Part shown: piece by piece, positions 19,253 through 29,341 of the stretch
Layout: each line of letters starts with the position of its first letter
How positions within the stretch are numbered: the first letter of the stretch is position 1
From: Leptonemataceae bacterium
Lineage (GTDB): Bacteria > Spirochaetota > Leptospiria > Leptospirales > Leptonemataceae
Direction: 5' to 3'
Assembly: GCA_965227295.1 (NCBI GenBank)
Contig: OZ245742.1
Location: 3,200,001-3,264,000, forward strand
Length of the DNA: 64,000 bases
Program-made: the position numbers and the translations under genes
The notes under the pieces: generated by a model
What the model was told of the DNA's origin: nothing
Database searches by the model: none
What the model saw: only the letters and a program-made list of their open reading frames with translations

Positions 19253-20737
19253 ATGGCCAGAAGACAGATTCGCACCGGCGTCATTGCGGCGGCGGGCAAA
19301 GGTACCCGCGCGTATCCCCGGACGTCGTTCATCCCCAAGCCCCTGTTTGAATTCGAACACGTGACCCTGCTCGAACGCAACGTCGAGATCCAGTTCAAAA
19401 AAATCGGCGTGAAACGGGTCATCGTCCTGGTGGGCCATCTCCAGGAACACGTCATCGCCGAGGTGGATCGCATTCGCCGGAAATTCCCGGGCCTGGAAAT
19501 CGAAACGGCGCAGTGGACGAAGCAGGGCCTGGGCGCCGACGTCGCCTCGCTCCGGGATCGTATTGACGGGGATTTTTCGCTGATTCTGGGCGACGAGTTC
19601 TACTATGACACGAACCACGACCTCTTAAAGAAACTCTGGGCCGGCAAACCGAAGTCGGATTGCCTCATCGCGGTGCTGCCGTCGCTCTTCGTTTCGGACA
19701 TCCGTAAAAACTACTCCGTAGAACTTAAGGGCACCCGGGTGGTGGACCTGGTGGAAAAACCTCAGGACCCGCCGAACAATCTACTCGGCCTGGGCTCCTA
19801 CGTATTCTCGCAGCGCTACTTCGAGTACTTCGACAAAACACCGCCCTCGGAACGCAGCGGCGTCGTGGAGCTCACCGAGGTCATCGATCTCATGTCCCGC
19901 GAACTGGAAGTCCACGGTGCTAAGTTAACCGGGCGTTACTTTAACATCAACTCGCTGGCGGACTACTACGCCGCGAACTACATGATCCGCACCGAGAAGT
20001 TCAACCAGTACCGAATCTCCATGGTCATTCCCGCGCTGAACAACGCGGCGACGCTGCCGGACGTGCTCAGCGATTTTCAAAAGCACGTGGACGACATTGT
20101 CGTGGTGGACATGGGTTCCACCGACGGCACGCCGGATCTTGTTAAAAAAGTGAAGGCGCCGAAGGGCAAGACGTTACGCGTATTCAAAGAAAGCGTTCCG
20201 GCGGAACATGCCGGCGTGAACTACGCCCCCGCCATTTACGGCGCCATGCATCAGTGTAAGGGCGACATTATCGTCGTGGCGCCGGCGGACGGTTCCTTTC
20301 GTGTCGTGGACCTGCCGAAGCTGCTCGAGTACTTAAAGGACTCCGACATGGCCGTGGGCACGCGCACCACGCGACAGCTCATGGAACAGGGTTCGAACCT
20401 GAGCGGCCTGTACCGCTGGCTGAACGTCTTCTTCGGGAAACTGGTGGAGATTCTCTGGTGGGGCCAGGAGCCGCGCTTTACGGACATCGGCTGCATCTAT
20501 CGCGCCATCTGGAAGGAATCGTTTAAGAAGATCGCGCCGGAGCTGAACGCGAAGAACAAAACGTTCTCGCTCGAAATGATGATCGAGATCATGCGTTATC
20601 ACATGCGGGTCATCGAAGTGCCGGTTTCGTTCTACAAACGCTACGGCTCAGTGCAGGAAGAGACCATGGGCGACAAGTGGCGCTACTTCTTCTCGGTGCT
20701 GCGCATGATCTTCGTGCGCAAGTTTCTGAAGAAGTAA
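19253..20737 (+). CDS. Sugar-phosphate nucleotidyltransferase fused to a GT2 (DPM1-like) glycosyltransferase
   Basis: AAGKGTR..PKPL, LVEKP, SGVVELTE, then VIPALN, VVVDMGSTDGT, FTDIGC, RVIEVPV. Confidence 0.9.
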   Translation: MARRQIRTGVIAAAGKGTRAYPRTSFIPKPLFEFEHVTLLERNVEIQFKKIGVKRVIVLVGHLQEHVIAEVDRIRRKFPGLEIETAQWTKQGLGADVASLRDRIDGDFSLILGDEFYYDTNHDLLKKLWAGKPKSDCLIAVLPSLFVSDIRKNYSVELKGTRVVDLVEKPQDPPNNLLGLGSYVFSQRYFEYFDKTPPSERSGVVELTEVIDLMSRELEVHGAKLTGRYFNINSLADYYAANYMIRTEKFNQYRISMVIPALNNAATLPDVLSDFQKHVDDIVVVDMGSTDGTPDLVKKVKAPKGKTLRVFKESVPAEHAGVNYAPAIYGAMHQCKGDIIVVAPADGSFRVVDLPKLLEYLKDSDMAVGTRTTRQLMEQGSNLSGLYRWLNVFFGKLVEILWWGQEPRFTDIGCIYRAIWKESFKKIAPELNAKNKTFSLEMMIEIMRYHMRVIEVPVSFYKRYGSVQEETMGDKWRYFFSVLRMIFVRKFLKK

Positions 20738-20761
20738 GGCCGTTGTTGCCAGGCGTTGCGA

Positions 20762-21637
20762 CTAAACCGATTTCAGAAACTCGACGATGAGTTCATTGAC
20801 CACCGCGGGGCGTTCGCGATGCAGGAAGTGCCCGGCACCGTCCACGCGCTCCACGCGTAAACCTTCCGGAAAGTTTTCCCATTCAAACATCGTATCGAAC
20901 ATGCGCGTATCGAGGCAGCCGTCCTTCGCTCCGGTGAGGGCCAGGGTGGGAACGTTTACCGGGCCGAAGAGCAGTTCGTAGCTATCCCGTCCCGCGGCGC
21001 TGAGAAAATCCAGGAGGGCGCGATAATAGGAAACAGCGGCCCCGGGAACGCCCGGTGAACGAAAGGCGGCCTTCACGGTTTCGAGTTCGTCCGCGGAGTA
21101 CTTCCAGCCGGGCGACCAATCATCCCAGAGCTTGTTGATGAGCGCGTAGTCGTCGTTCTTGAGGGCGTGCTCCGCCAGGAACGGCAACTGAAACAGCAGA
21201 ATATACCAGGACTTTAAGATCTGTTCGGGGTAAGTTACGAGACTGCAGAAGTAGTCGCGCAGGCCCGGGATGGCGAGCGACGTAAACGACAGGAAACGTT
21301 CCGGACGGCGCGCCGCCGCGGCGTAGGCGATGAGCGCGCCCCAGTCGTGGCCCACGAGGTGCGCACGTTCAATGCTGAGTTCGTCCAGCCAGGCGAAGAC
21401 GTCCCCGGCGACGGCGGACATGTGGTAATCGTTTTCGAGACTCTGGGACGATACCTCGTAGCCGCGAATCGTCGGAGCGATGGTGCGGAAGCCGGCGGTG
21501 TTTAAGGCCGGCACGAGCTTGTGAAAGCTATGCCGCGTGTCGGGAAAGCCGTGGAGCAACAGCACTGCCGGTCCGTCGTCGGGGCCGTCGATGTCCGCGG
21601 TAAAGCGCAGATTGTGATTGTGAAGGATGGTTGTCAT
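20762..21637 (-). CDS. Alpha/beta hydrolase (epoxide hydrolase-like)
   Basis: LHGFPD, GHDWGA, KSWYILLFQLP, GAGHFLHRE. Confidence 0.95.
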   Translation of the reverse strand: MTTILHNHNLRFTADIDGPDDGPAVLLLHGFPDTRHSFHKLVPALNTAGFRTIAPTIRGYEVSSQSLENDYHMSAVAGDVFAWLDELSIERAHLVGHDWGALIAYAAAARRPERFLSFTSLAIPGLRDYFCSLVTYPEQILKSWYILLFQLPFLAEHALKNDDYALINKLWDDWSPGWKYSADELETVKAAFRSPGVPGAAVSYYRALLDFLSAAGRDSYELLFGPVNVPTLALTGAKDGCLDTRMFDTMFEWENFPEGLRVERVDGAGHFLHRERPAVVNELIVEFLKSV

Positions 21638-21650
21638 ATCGTTCCAGCGT

Positions 21651-23657
21651 CTACGAGTCCTTTTCGTCCGTCGCGCCTTCCCGGGCTTCGCGGACTTTCT
21701 TGAGATACTCGCGGTCTTGTTTATGCAGGGCCTGCTTGCGAAAATACGGGAAGATGTAGTTCAGGATTTCCGTGAACGTAATCAGAATGCGTTCGCGGTT
21801 GTACTCCACCTGCACGTCGGCGAACTGTGAGATGGAATGTTTCAATGTCTCCATGGAGTTGCCGAAGTAGTACTGCTTGATCGAATCCACGCCGCGAACC
21901 AGGAGCGGAATCAAATGCACCCGCTCCGGTTTCAGCTCCTGCACGCAAAGCGTAATGGCCGTGATGGTATCCATGCCCTGGGGGACGACGCGGTTCTCGA
22001 ACCACTCCGGCAGGTCCTCGGGAATGTTCTCCTCGGGGTCCGTCTGGAAGTGGACGGCCAGGGGCATGTGTCCGCTCTTGATGTAGTTCTTCAGAAAGTG
22101 AATAACGCCCGGATGAAACTTCGAAATAAGCAGCATGTTCTTGCGGTCCACCGGCAGGCCGAAGAAGGCCGGGTAGTTCAACGCGAAGGCCAACGGTACC
22201 ATGTTCACCTTTTGTCGCCACAACCCGTAGACCGCCTCCGAGAACAGGAAGAGCACCATAAACAGCACCATGAGAATGACGATGAACCAGGCGCCCTCGA
22301 AGAACTTGTTGTACACGATGTTGATGAGCATGAACATCATGATCAAAAAGCCGATCACCGTCATGGCTGAAATCTTACGCGCGCGCAACTGGCGCAGCAG
22401 GTAGCTGGCGATGTCGATGGTCATGGCCGTGATGACGGCCAGGCCGTACATCGCTTCGATTTTGTGCGACGACGGAAAAAAGTACAGGATGATGAACGAC
22501 AGCACGCCGAGCAGGATCGTCGCCCGCGGATTATAAACGCCGTGATGACCGCCCAGACCGGCGACGGGTTTGGTGCGCCGCCAGGCCGTGTCGCCGATGC
22601 CCCGGGGAAAGAAGCCGGAACGGGACGCGCGCAGAATTTCCAGGGGAAAGTCCGACTGCGCCGTCTGGGCCGCGAGCAGGAGCATGACGGCGGTGAGCAC
22701 GCCGAAGGGCACGCCGAGGCTGTCCCCGCCCAGGGTCGTGGCGATTTGCAGAGGCACTAAGATGTGGCGGTCGTACGTTACGCCGAGACCCATGAAGTTG
22801 ATGAGCTGCATGGAGTAGGTCGTGAATACCAGGGCGTAGAGCATCCACATGGACACCCGGATGGCCTTGCCTTTGTGATACGGATAGTTGACCGAGGCGT
22901 AACCCACCTCGACGCCGGTGATCAGCGTCGCCCCGGCCGCCACCGCGGTAAAGATGACCGGCCAGAAGTCCGAGAACGTAGGGTTTTCGAGGATTTCCGG
23001 CGGGATGGTCGGCCAGACCCAGCCGTGAGTTGCGATGAAATAAATGCCGCTTCCCTGGATCAGCAGGTTGCTCACATAAAAGGCCACCACGGGCCAGATC
23101 ATGAACTTTGCTAAGTTTCCGAGACCGTATCTTTGTACGATCGAAAGCAGAAAGATGAACGAAACCGCCACCGGGAGCCGCTGCTCCACGGGAATGAAGT
23201 ACATGGCCTCCACGCCGGCGATCAACGAGATGGCCTGGGTGGCGGGGAAATCCGAGAGCAGCGACGACGTGCCCATCTTGCCCATGAACTGTACGGACTT
23301 CTTGAGCCAGGGCGTGCGAATCTGTTCGCTGGTGATGTGCGAAGAAACGAAGGCGCCGCCGCCGAGGACGCGGTGCACGTGATGCCGCGTCATGCTGTTG
23401 TATACGATGATGGCGATGAGGTAGACGCCCATCACGATGCCGCCGGCGATGAACGTGGCCACCATGCCCGTGCGAAAGTCGTTGGCGAAAAGGACGATGG
23501 TAATGGCGATGAGGGCGTCGGCACCGTAGGCCAGGGAGGAGCCGGGGTCCGTAAGGATCGTCGCGAAGATGAGGCGGATGTCCTGCCAGAGCGAAGGGGG
23601 CGGGCCGTCGTGGTGTTCGTCGTCGGAGGACGGAGGTGGTACGTGGTCGTCGCTCAT
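21651..23657 (-). CDS. APC-superfamily transporter, KimA/YdaO-like (possible K+ uptake)
   Basis: TDPGSSLAYG, GGGAF, ITGVE motifs; about 12 TM segments and a soluble C-terminal domain. Confidence 0.75.
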   Translation of the reverse strand: MSDDHVPPPSSDDEHHDGPPPSLWQDIRLIFATILTDPGSSLAYGADALIAITIVLFANDFRTGMVATFIAGGIVMGVYLIAIIVYNSMTRHHVHRVLGGGAFVSSHITSEQIRTPWLKKSVQFMGKMGTSSLLSDFPATQAISLIAGVEAMYFIPVEQRLPVAVSFIFLLSIVQRYGLGNLAKFMIWPVVAFYVSNLLIQGSGIYFIATHGWVWPTIPPEILENPTFSDFWPVIFTAVAAGATLITGVEVGYASVNYPYHKGKAIRVSMWMLYALVFTTYSMQLINFMGLGVTYDRHILVPLQIATTLGGDSLGVPFGVLTAVMLLLAAQTAQSDFPLEILRASRSGFFPRGIGDTAWRRTKPVAGLGGHHGVYNPRATILLGVLSFIILYFFPSSHKIEAMYGLAVITAMTIDIASYLLRQLRARKISAMTVIGFLIMMFMLINIVYNKFFEGAWFIVILMVLFMVLFLFSEAVYGLWRQKVNMVPLAFALNYPAFFGLPVDRKNMLLISKFHPGVIHFLKNYIKSGHMPLAVHFQTDPEENIPEDLPEWFENRVVPQGMDTITAITLCVQELKPERVHLIPLLVRGVDSIKQYYFGNSMETLKHSISQFADVQVEYNRERILITFTEILNYIFPYFRKQALHKQDREYLKKVREAREGATDEKDS

Positions 23658-23685
23658 ATTTTATTGTGCTGTGTTTTTTATTGAT

Positions 23686-24012
23686 TTACGCCTGGCGCCG
23701 ATTTTCGTCGCGGAGATACTCGCGGACGAGGAGGGCCATGCGTTTCGGGTCGGTTTCCAGGCGGTTCTTCATGCCGTCGAGCATTTCCCGGCGTTCGCGT
23801 TTGCTGAGTTTGGGAGCCGGAATGTACCCGGCTTTCCGGTTGTGGCCCGGGCCGGACCGGACCGCCGGCGCTTGCTGTCGCCGCGGGCTTCTCCGTCGCG
23901 GGGCCGGTCGGGGGCGTTCATGTTCGCCGGGGTTGCGTAAGCCCAGGGAGAGGGCCAGGGCCAGGAACATGCCGGCCAGGGCGATCAGCATGATCAACGA
24001 GGAAGTATCCAC
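23686..24012 (-). CDS. Small single-TM protein with FliF C-terminal-like motif
   Basis: N-terminal TM, basic linker, C-terminal LETDPKRMALLVREYLRDE. Confidence 0.65.
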   Translation of the reverse strand: MDTSSLIMLIALAGMFLALALSLGLRNPGEHERPRPAPRRRSPRRQQAPAVRSGPGHNRKAGYIPAPKLSKRERREMLDGMKNRLETDPKRMALLVREYLRDENRRQA

Positions 24013-24117
24013 ACGATTATTATAGAAGGCATCTCAGTACCGGCGAGGCGTTCAATCACTTTTAGGCGTGCTTGGATTTCCAATTGACTCCAGGCTGCGC
24101 ACCGATTCCCTGCAAAT

Positions 24118-24411
24118 ATGCTCACCGACGACGAGTTCCAGAATCTCGCCCGACTGGCCCGCCTCGATCCGGCCGACGCTTCCCTGGCGAACATCCGGGA
24201 CGACTTCAACAACATCCTCGATTACGTGAATCAGATCAACGCCGTCGACACTTCGTCCGTGGACGCGAGTTATTCTAAGTCGGAGACGCGCAATGCCGTG
24301 CGTGCGGACGATACCGGGGAAGTGCTCACGCCGCGCATCATCGGAACCTTTGCTCCGCAGTGGGAGGCCGGTCACTTCGTCGTGCCGGGTGTCCTTGATT
24401 CGGAGGGCTGA
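24118..24411 (+). CDS. gatC: Asp/Glu-tRNA amidotransferase subunit C
   Basis: LARLARL, ILDYVNQINAVDT, RAD, FVVPGV; directly upstream of gatA. Confidence 0.95.
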   Translation: MLTDDEFQNLARLARLDPADASLANIRDDFNNILDYVNQINAVDTSSVDASYSKSETRNAVRADDTGEVLTPRIIGTFAPQWEAGHFVVPGVLDSEG

Positions 24412-24423
24412 CGTCATCATCCT

Positions 24424-26175
24424 ATGAGTATCAATCGACAAACCTTAGTGCGCACCGCCATGGAACACTCCCGGGCTCTCGAAGCCGGTGAGTACAGCGC
24501 GGTGGAACTCGCGGACGCCTGCCTTGCCGCGGCCGATGCCGAAAAAAACGCCGGCGCATTTTTACAACTCGACGCGGCCTACATTCGCGAGCAAGCCGCG
24601 GCTTCGGACGAGCGGCGCAAACAGGGCCGGAGCCCGGGACCGCTCGACGGCATTCCCGTCGCCGTCAAAGACAACATCTGCGAAACCGGGCTGAAGTGCA
24701 CCTGCGCGTCGAAGATCCTGGAAAACTTTACGTCGCCGTACGATGCGACGGTCATCAGCAAACTGCGCGAGGCCGGGGCCGTGCTCTTCGGTCGCACCAA
24801 CATGGACGAGTTCGCCATGGGGTCCTCCACGGAAAACTCGGCCTTTCAGCAGACACTCAATCCCTGGGATGCGAAGCGTGTGCCCGGCGGTTCTTCCGGC
24901 GGCAGCGCGGCCGCGGTGGGGGCGGGCATTGTGCCCCTGGCGCTCGGTTCGGATACCGGCGGTTCCATTCGCCAGCCGGCGGCGTTCTGCGGTGTCGTCG
25001 GACTCAAGCCGACGTACGGCCGCGTGTCGCGCTACGGCCTCGTGGCCTACGCATCGAGCCTGGACCAAATCGGCCCGTTCGCGCGCAGTGTGGAAGATGC
25101 GGCGTTGCTCCTGCATACCATCAGCGGCCGGGACGCCCGGGACAGTACCTCGGATCCCCAGGCGGACAAACACCCGCTCGTCTACGAGTTTCCGGACATC
25201 ACGGATGCGGAGTACAAAAAACTGCGCGTGGGGCTGATACTCCCGGACGACGGCGCGGCCGGATACGATCCGGCGGTCATCGAACGCTGTCGCGCGGCGG
25301 CGCAGTATTTCGAAGGGCGCGGCGCTAAGATTGTCCCGCTAAAATCTAGGCTTGAAAGGTCACTGATTCCGATCTACTACATCCTCGCCACGGCGGAAGC
25401 CTCTTCAAATCTGTCGCGGTACGACGGCGTGCGCTACGGGAATCGTGCCCCGGATCCCGAAGACCTCATGGACCTTTACGTGCGTACCCGGACCCGCGGC
25501 TTCGGTCCCGAGGTCAAGCGGCGCATTCTGCTCGGCACGTTCGTATTGTCCTCCGGCTACTACGACGCGTACTACAAATCGGCGCAGAAGGCCCGGCGCA
25601 TCATCCAGCAGGAGTACGCCGGTTTTTTTCAGAAAGTCGACGTGATTCTCTCACCGACGTCTCCGGGTACGGCCTTTCCCATCGGCGACCGCGTGGACGA
25701 TCCCATCGCCATGTATCAGAGCGACATTCTTACGATCGCCGCGAATCTCACGGGCACTCCCGCCGTAAACGTCCCGGCCGGCCTGGACGCTCACGGCCTG
25801 CCCATCGGCTTGCAACTGCTCGGCGCGCCGTTCCTGGAGAATCAGTTGCTCCGAATTGCGCGCGTCCTGGAGGGCGTGCCGGGTTTTGCGCTGGATTACG
25901 TTGCACGCGATGGTGCGTCCGCGGGAAAGCCTGCGTCGGCGCCGGTTAAGTCGAAATCCGCGCCGGCACAAAAGAAAACGGCTCCGAAGAAAAAGGCCGC
26001 CGCGAAAAAGAAAGTCGCTCCGAAGAAAAAGGCCGCCGCGAAAAAGAAGCCGGCTGCTAAGAAAAAGAAAGTGGCGGTTAAGAAGAAGGCCGCGCCGAAG
26101 AAAAAGCCTGCTGCGAAAAAGAAGGCGACCGCTAAGACGAAGAAAAAGGCCGCTAAGACAAAGAAAAAGCGGTAA
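24424..26175 (+). CDS. gatA: Asp/Glu-tRNA amidotransferase subunit A with Lys/Ala-rich C-terminal extension
   Basis: KDNI, GGSSGGSAAAV, GSDTGGSIRQPA, SSNLSRYDGVRYG, EVKRRILLGTFVLSSGYYDAYY. Confidence 0.97.
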   Translation: MSINRQTLVRTAMEHSRALEAGEYSAVELADACLAAADAEKNAGAFLQLDAAYIREQAAASDERRKQGRSPGPLDGIPVAVKDNICETGLKCTCASKILENFTSPYDATVISKLREAGAVLFGRTNMDEFAMGSSTENSAFQQTLNPWDAKRVPGGSSGGSAAAVGAGIVPLALGSDTGGSIRQPAAFCGVVGLKPTYGRVSRYGLVAYASSLDQIGPFARSVEDAALLLHTISGRDARDSTSDPQADKHPLVYEFPDITDAEYKKLRVGLILPDDGAAGYDPAVIERCRAAAQYFEGRGAKIVPLKSRLERSLIPIYYILATAEASSNLSRYDGVRYGNRAPDPEDLMDLYVRTRTRGFGPEVKRRILLGTFVLSSGYYDAYYKSAQKARRIIQQEYAGFFQKVDVILSPTSPGTAFPIGDRVDDPIAMYQSDILTIAANLTGTPAVNVPAGLDAHGLPIGLQLLGAPFLENQLLRIARVLEGVPGFALDYVARDGASAGKPASAPVKSKSAPAQKKTAPKKKAAAKKKVAPKKKAAAKKKPAAKKKKVAVKKKAAPKKKPAAKKKATAKTKKKAAKTKKKR

Positions 26176-26192
26176 GATTCTTTGGGGTTCTC

Positions 26193-26494
26193 GGTGGGGA
26201 ACCAACTGCCGTGGCCTCAACAAGCAGGGCCTTGCCGACACCGGACATCGGTTTGCGACTCAGCTACCGTAGCGTATCTTGCGTAATGATTTTTCCGAAA
26301 CGAAGACGCCATTCCGGTCCGCCTTGCCATGCTCCTCCGCATAACCTCCGTTCGTCAGCTGGAACCAGTTGTGACCATACCGGGCTTAATGTACACTGGC
26401 CGCCACTTACACTGGGATCCGGGACGGCCGCAGGCTACCCGAGCGTTTCCGGTAATTCAAGAGCTGCGGTTCGCACACGCGGCCGTGAGAAACA
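26193..26494 (+). repeat. Family B (~310-330 bp) repeat, solitary copy preceded by a hairpin module
   Basis: gaagacgcc.ttccggtccgcctt...cagctggaaccagttgt...ttcaagagctgcggttcg...gccgtgagaaaca matches the units at 54945-56335. Confidence 0.9.
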
Positions 26495-26711
26495 TTGTTG
26501 TTTCGCACATTAATGCAAGACGGAATCCTCCGAAAAGATGACAGAGTGTTTGCTTTCCACTGAATGCCAGGTGTTGATTGAATGTTTCACCGCGTTAGTC
26601 CCCGCTAATACGGAGTTATGGGACGAGGTCCTCGCGCGGATCCTTACATCATTCACTAATTTTTTGTGAAAATCATTTACGTCCGCACTGCCTGAGCTTC
26701 ACTGGAACGAT

Positions 26712-28262
26712 ATGACGCACCTCGCCGAAGGGCCGGCCCTGGCCAACCGAATTCGCTGGATCCTGCTTGCGGCCCTGCTCGTTACGGCCCTGGCCTTTGT
26801 AGGCCAACAGGGCCCTGTTCAAAACGGCATCATCTTCGGTCTCCTGCTGCTCATGGCCGCCGGAGCCGCGTATTTTACTTACCGAAACCGACCGGGCAGG
26901 CCGGCGCCGTTGCAACTCGGTCGTCGTCTGGTCTTTCTCGACGCGCTGATCCTGGCGGCGCTGATCATCGCCGCCGTCACGACACCGGAACGTTCCCATG
27001 CAATCGTCGTCGCGCGTTCCGCGGTGGTCTTCGGTATTTTCTTTTATCCGCTCATCAACGCGACGTTGCTGTTGTCGGGAACGCTGGTACGCATCGCCGG
27101 CGCTCTGGCCGCCGCCGCCCAGGTCGGTATCTTCGCGGCCGTCATGCTCAGTCACGGCATGGACCTAACGTTCACGGGCGGCACGGAAGCCATGTCCGTT
27201 CTGGCTTTAGTTCTTCGAACGATCATGCCGGCCGGGGCGGCCTTCGTACTGCACCGTCTGGTGCGCATCCTCCTGGACCGACAGACGGACCTGGAGGATC
27301 AAGAAGACGAAAACCGCCGCGCCTACGAACGCCTGGATCGCGAAACGCAGGAACGACGCAAGGCGGCGGAGGTTCTGGGCGAAACGGTACAACGCATCGA
27401 CGGGTTCTTAAAAACGTTCAACGGCGAATTGCATCGCCAGGTGGAAGCCTTTGAACGTATCAGCGGGGCGGTGACGTCGTTTTCGAACGGCATGGAATCT
27501 TCGCGCAGTCGATTGAAAATGCAGAACGAGAAAATCGAAAACATGACCCGGGAATCCAGCATTCTCGAAGCGGGCTTCGACTTCGTTACGGAGACCGTCG
27601 ACGATCTCAACCAGCGCATGATGGAAACCTCGCGCTCCGGCGACGAGGTCAGTCGCACGGTGGCGGACGTTAACTCATCTTTACAGGAGATTAACGCCTC
27701 GTTCAAACGCATGAGCGAAATCAACCAAATCATCTCCGAAATCGCCGATCGCACGAACCTGCTGTCTCTGAACGCGGCCATTGAGGCGGCCCGGGCGGGC
27801 GAGTACGGCCGCGGATTCGCCGTGGTGGCCCAGGAAGTCGGCAAGCTCGCGGACAACAGTGCCGAGAACGCCGGCATGATCGGCGGCATCATCACCGACA
27901 GCGGCACCTACGTGGAACGCGGCGCCTCCGGTGCGCATAAATCCGACGCCATGGTCAGCACCCAACAAAACACCATGCGCGACATCAGCATGAACTTTCA
28001 GCAACTCAACCTGCAGGTCGGCCGGCAGCAGGAAGTCACGAAGGGCTTTTACGTTTCCCTGCGGGAATTGCGCAGCATCTCCCGCGAACTGGACGCCACC
28101 GTGGAAGAACAGGGCGGTGGTCGGGACGATCTACAACAGGCCCTGGCCGATCTTAAAGACGGCGCATCGACCCTGGTCGGCATGGCCGTGGACATGCAGC
28201 ACACCGTGGGGAAACTCGAAGAACAGGCGGCGTACCTCGCCGGAGATGCGCCGGAACCGTAA
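26712..28262 (+). CDS. Methyl-accepting chemotaxis protein with multi-TM input region
   Basis: [37 protein letters not shown] signature. Confidence 0.96.
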   Translation: MTHLAEGPALANRIRWILLAALLVTALAFVGQQGPVQNGIIFGLLLLMAAGAAYFTYRNRPGRPAPLQLGRRLVFLDALILAALIIAAVTTPERSHAIVVARSAVVFGIFFYPLINATLLLSGTLVRIAGALAAAAQVGIFAAVMLSHGMDLTFTGGTEAMSVLALVLRTIMPAGAAFVLHRLVRILLDRQTDLEDQEDENRRAYERLDRETQERRKAAEVLGETVQRIDGFLKTFNGELHRQVEAFERISGAVTSFSNGMESSRSRLKMQNEKIENMTRESSILEAGFDFVTETVDDLNQRMMETSRSGDEVSRTVADVNSSLQEINASFKRMSEINQIISEIADRTNLLSLNAAIEAARAGEYGRGFAVVAQEVGKLADNSAENAGMIGGIITDSGTYVERGASGAHKSDAMVSTQQNTMRDISMNFQQLNLQVGRQQEVTKGFYVSLRELRSISRELDATVEEQGGGRDDLQQALADLKDGASTLVGMAVDMQHTVGKLEEQAAYLAGDAPEP

Positions 28263-28274
28263 GTGGCGGGCAGG

Positions 28275-29297
28275 TCAGGCCGCCGTGGCCGGCCAGTGGA
28301 AGTACACGAGAAACGTGTCGTCCTGGATCATCGCCCGGATGTAGTTGCCGGCGATGCCGTCGTTGACCGACAGGAGGCCGTAGGCGTGGGCTGTAATCTC
28401 CGCGCAAATGCCGAGGCCCAGGCCGGTGCCGTGCGTGGTGAAGTCGTCGCGAAAGAGATGGCCGAGGTCTTCCCGGCCGGCCCCGGACTGGCGCAGCGCG
28501 TCCGCGTGATCGCTCGTAATCCGGTTAAAAACCATAAATCGTAAGTTTGCCTGATCATCATCTAAGCTCAGGGCGCGCAGTCCCACCAGGCCGTCGATGG
28601 CGTGACGCACGGCGTTGTTGATCAGATTGTACAGGAGCCGTTCCAGGGTACTGAACTCCAGGCAGGAGTCCGCGATGTTGCCGTCATAAAAAGAAACGAA
28701 ATCCAGACGCGTGCCGCGCGGGGCACCGCCGCGAAGCAGCCCGTCCTTCCATTTTTCGACCAGCAAGCCCACATGATGGGCCTTGCCGCTCACATCCGCG
28801 ACGCGCCGCGGCTCGTCGATGTCTCTTAAAAGATTGCGCATTACCTTGAGGCAGTCGCGGTTCAGGTAGTAAATCATCGCCGCGTCTTCGGCTTCGATCT
28901 CGCCTATGCCGGCCAGTTGCAGACAGGCGGACAGAGGCTGAAACGGACCGCCCTTGATGTCGTGCACGATGCGCCGGAGCGCCGGACTCGCCTCCCGGCT
29001 GGAGTACGTGGCGTGGCCCAACGAACGAATGTCACCGAGGATGCCGGACCAGTTCACGCGCCGGGTAAAGTCCGCGACGATGTCGGCCCGGCGATTCTCC
29101 GCGGACCCGAGGAGTACGTCGAGTTCGATCAGCACGCCGTAGGTATGCTTGAGGACTTCGCGATCCGGCGGGGCGAAGGCTTCCAGGTTCGTGCCCAGGT
29201 CTGCGCCGGTGTAGCGCGCGTCGCGGTAGCTTTTCAGAGCTCCCGGAGGAAGCGCACGCAGATCGGCCTCGTCTGTGGAGAATCTACTTCCTGCCAT
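28275..29297 (-). CDS. Cytoplasmic histidine kinase-like ATPase
   Basis: IVHDIKGG (H box), LYNLINNAVRH (N box), FTTHGTGLGLGI (F/G2 boxes). Confidence 0.8.
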   Translation of the reverse strand: MAGSRFSTDEADLRALPPGALKSYRDARYTGADLGTNLEAFAPPDREVLKHTYGVLIELDVLLGSAENRRADIVADFTRRVNWSGILGDIRSLGHATYSSREASPALRRIVHDIKGGPFQPLSACLQLAGIGEIEAEDAAMIYYLNRDCLKVMRNLLRDIDEPRRVADVSGKAHHVGLLVEKWKDGLLRGGAPRGTRLDFVSFYDGNIADSCLEFSTLERLLYNLINNAVRHAIDGLVGLRALSLDDDQANLRFMVFNRITSDHADALRQSGAGREDLGHLFRDDFTTHGTGLGLGICAEITAHAYGLLSVNDGIAGNYIRAMIQDDTFLVYFHWPATAA

Positions 29298-29341
29298 AGA
29301 GTGTCATTCTTGCGAGCGACGGCGAACCTGTCCCGAAATTT

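Noticed and set aside
24118..26175. Missing gatB as an anomaly
   Set aside because: Split gatCA/gatB arrangements are common; gatB is probably outside the window
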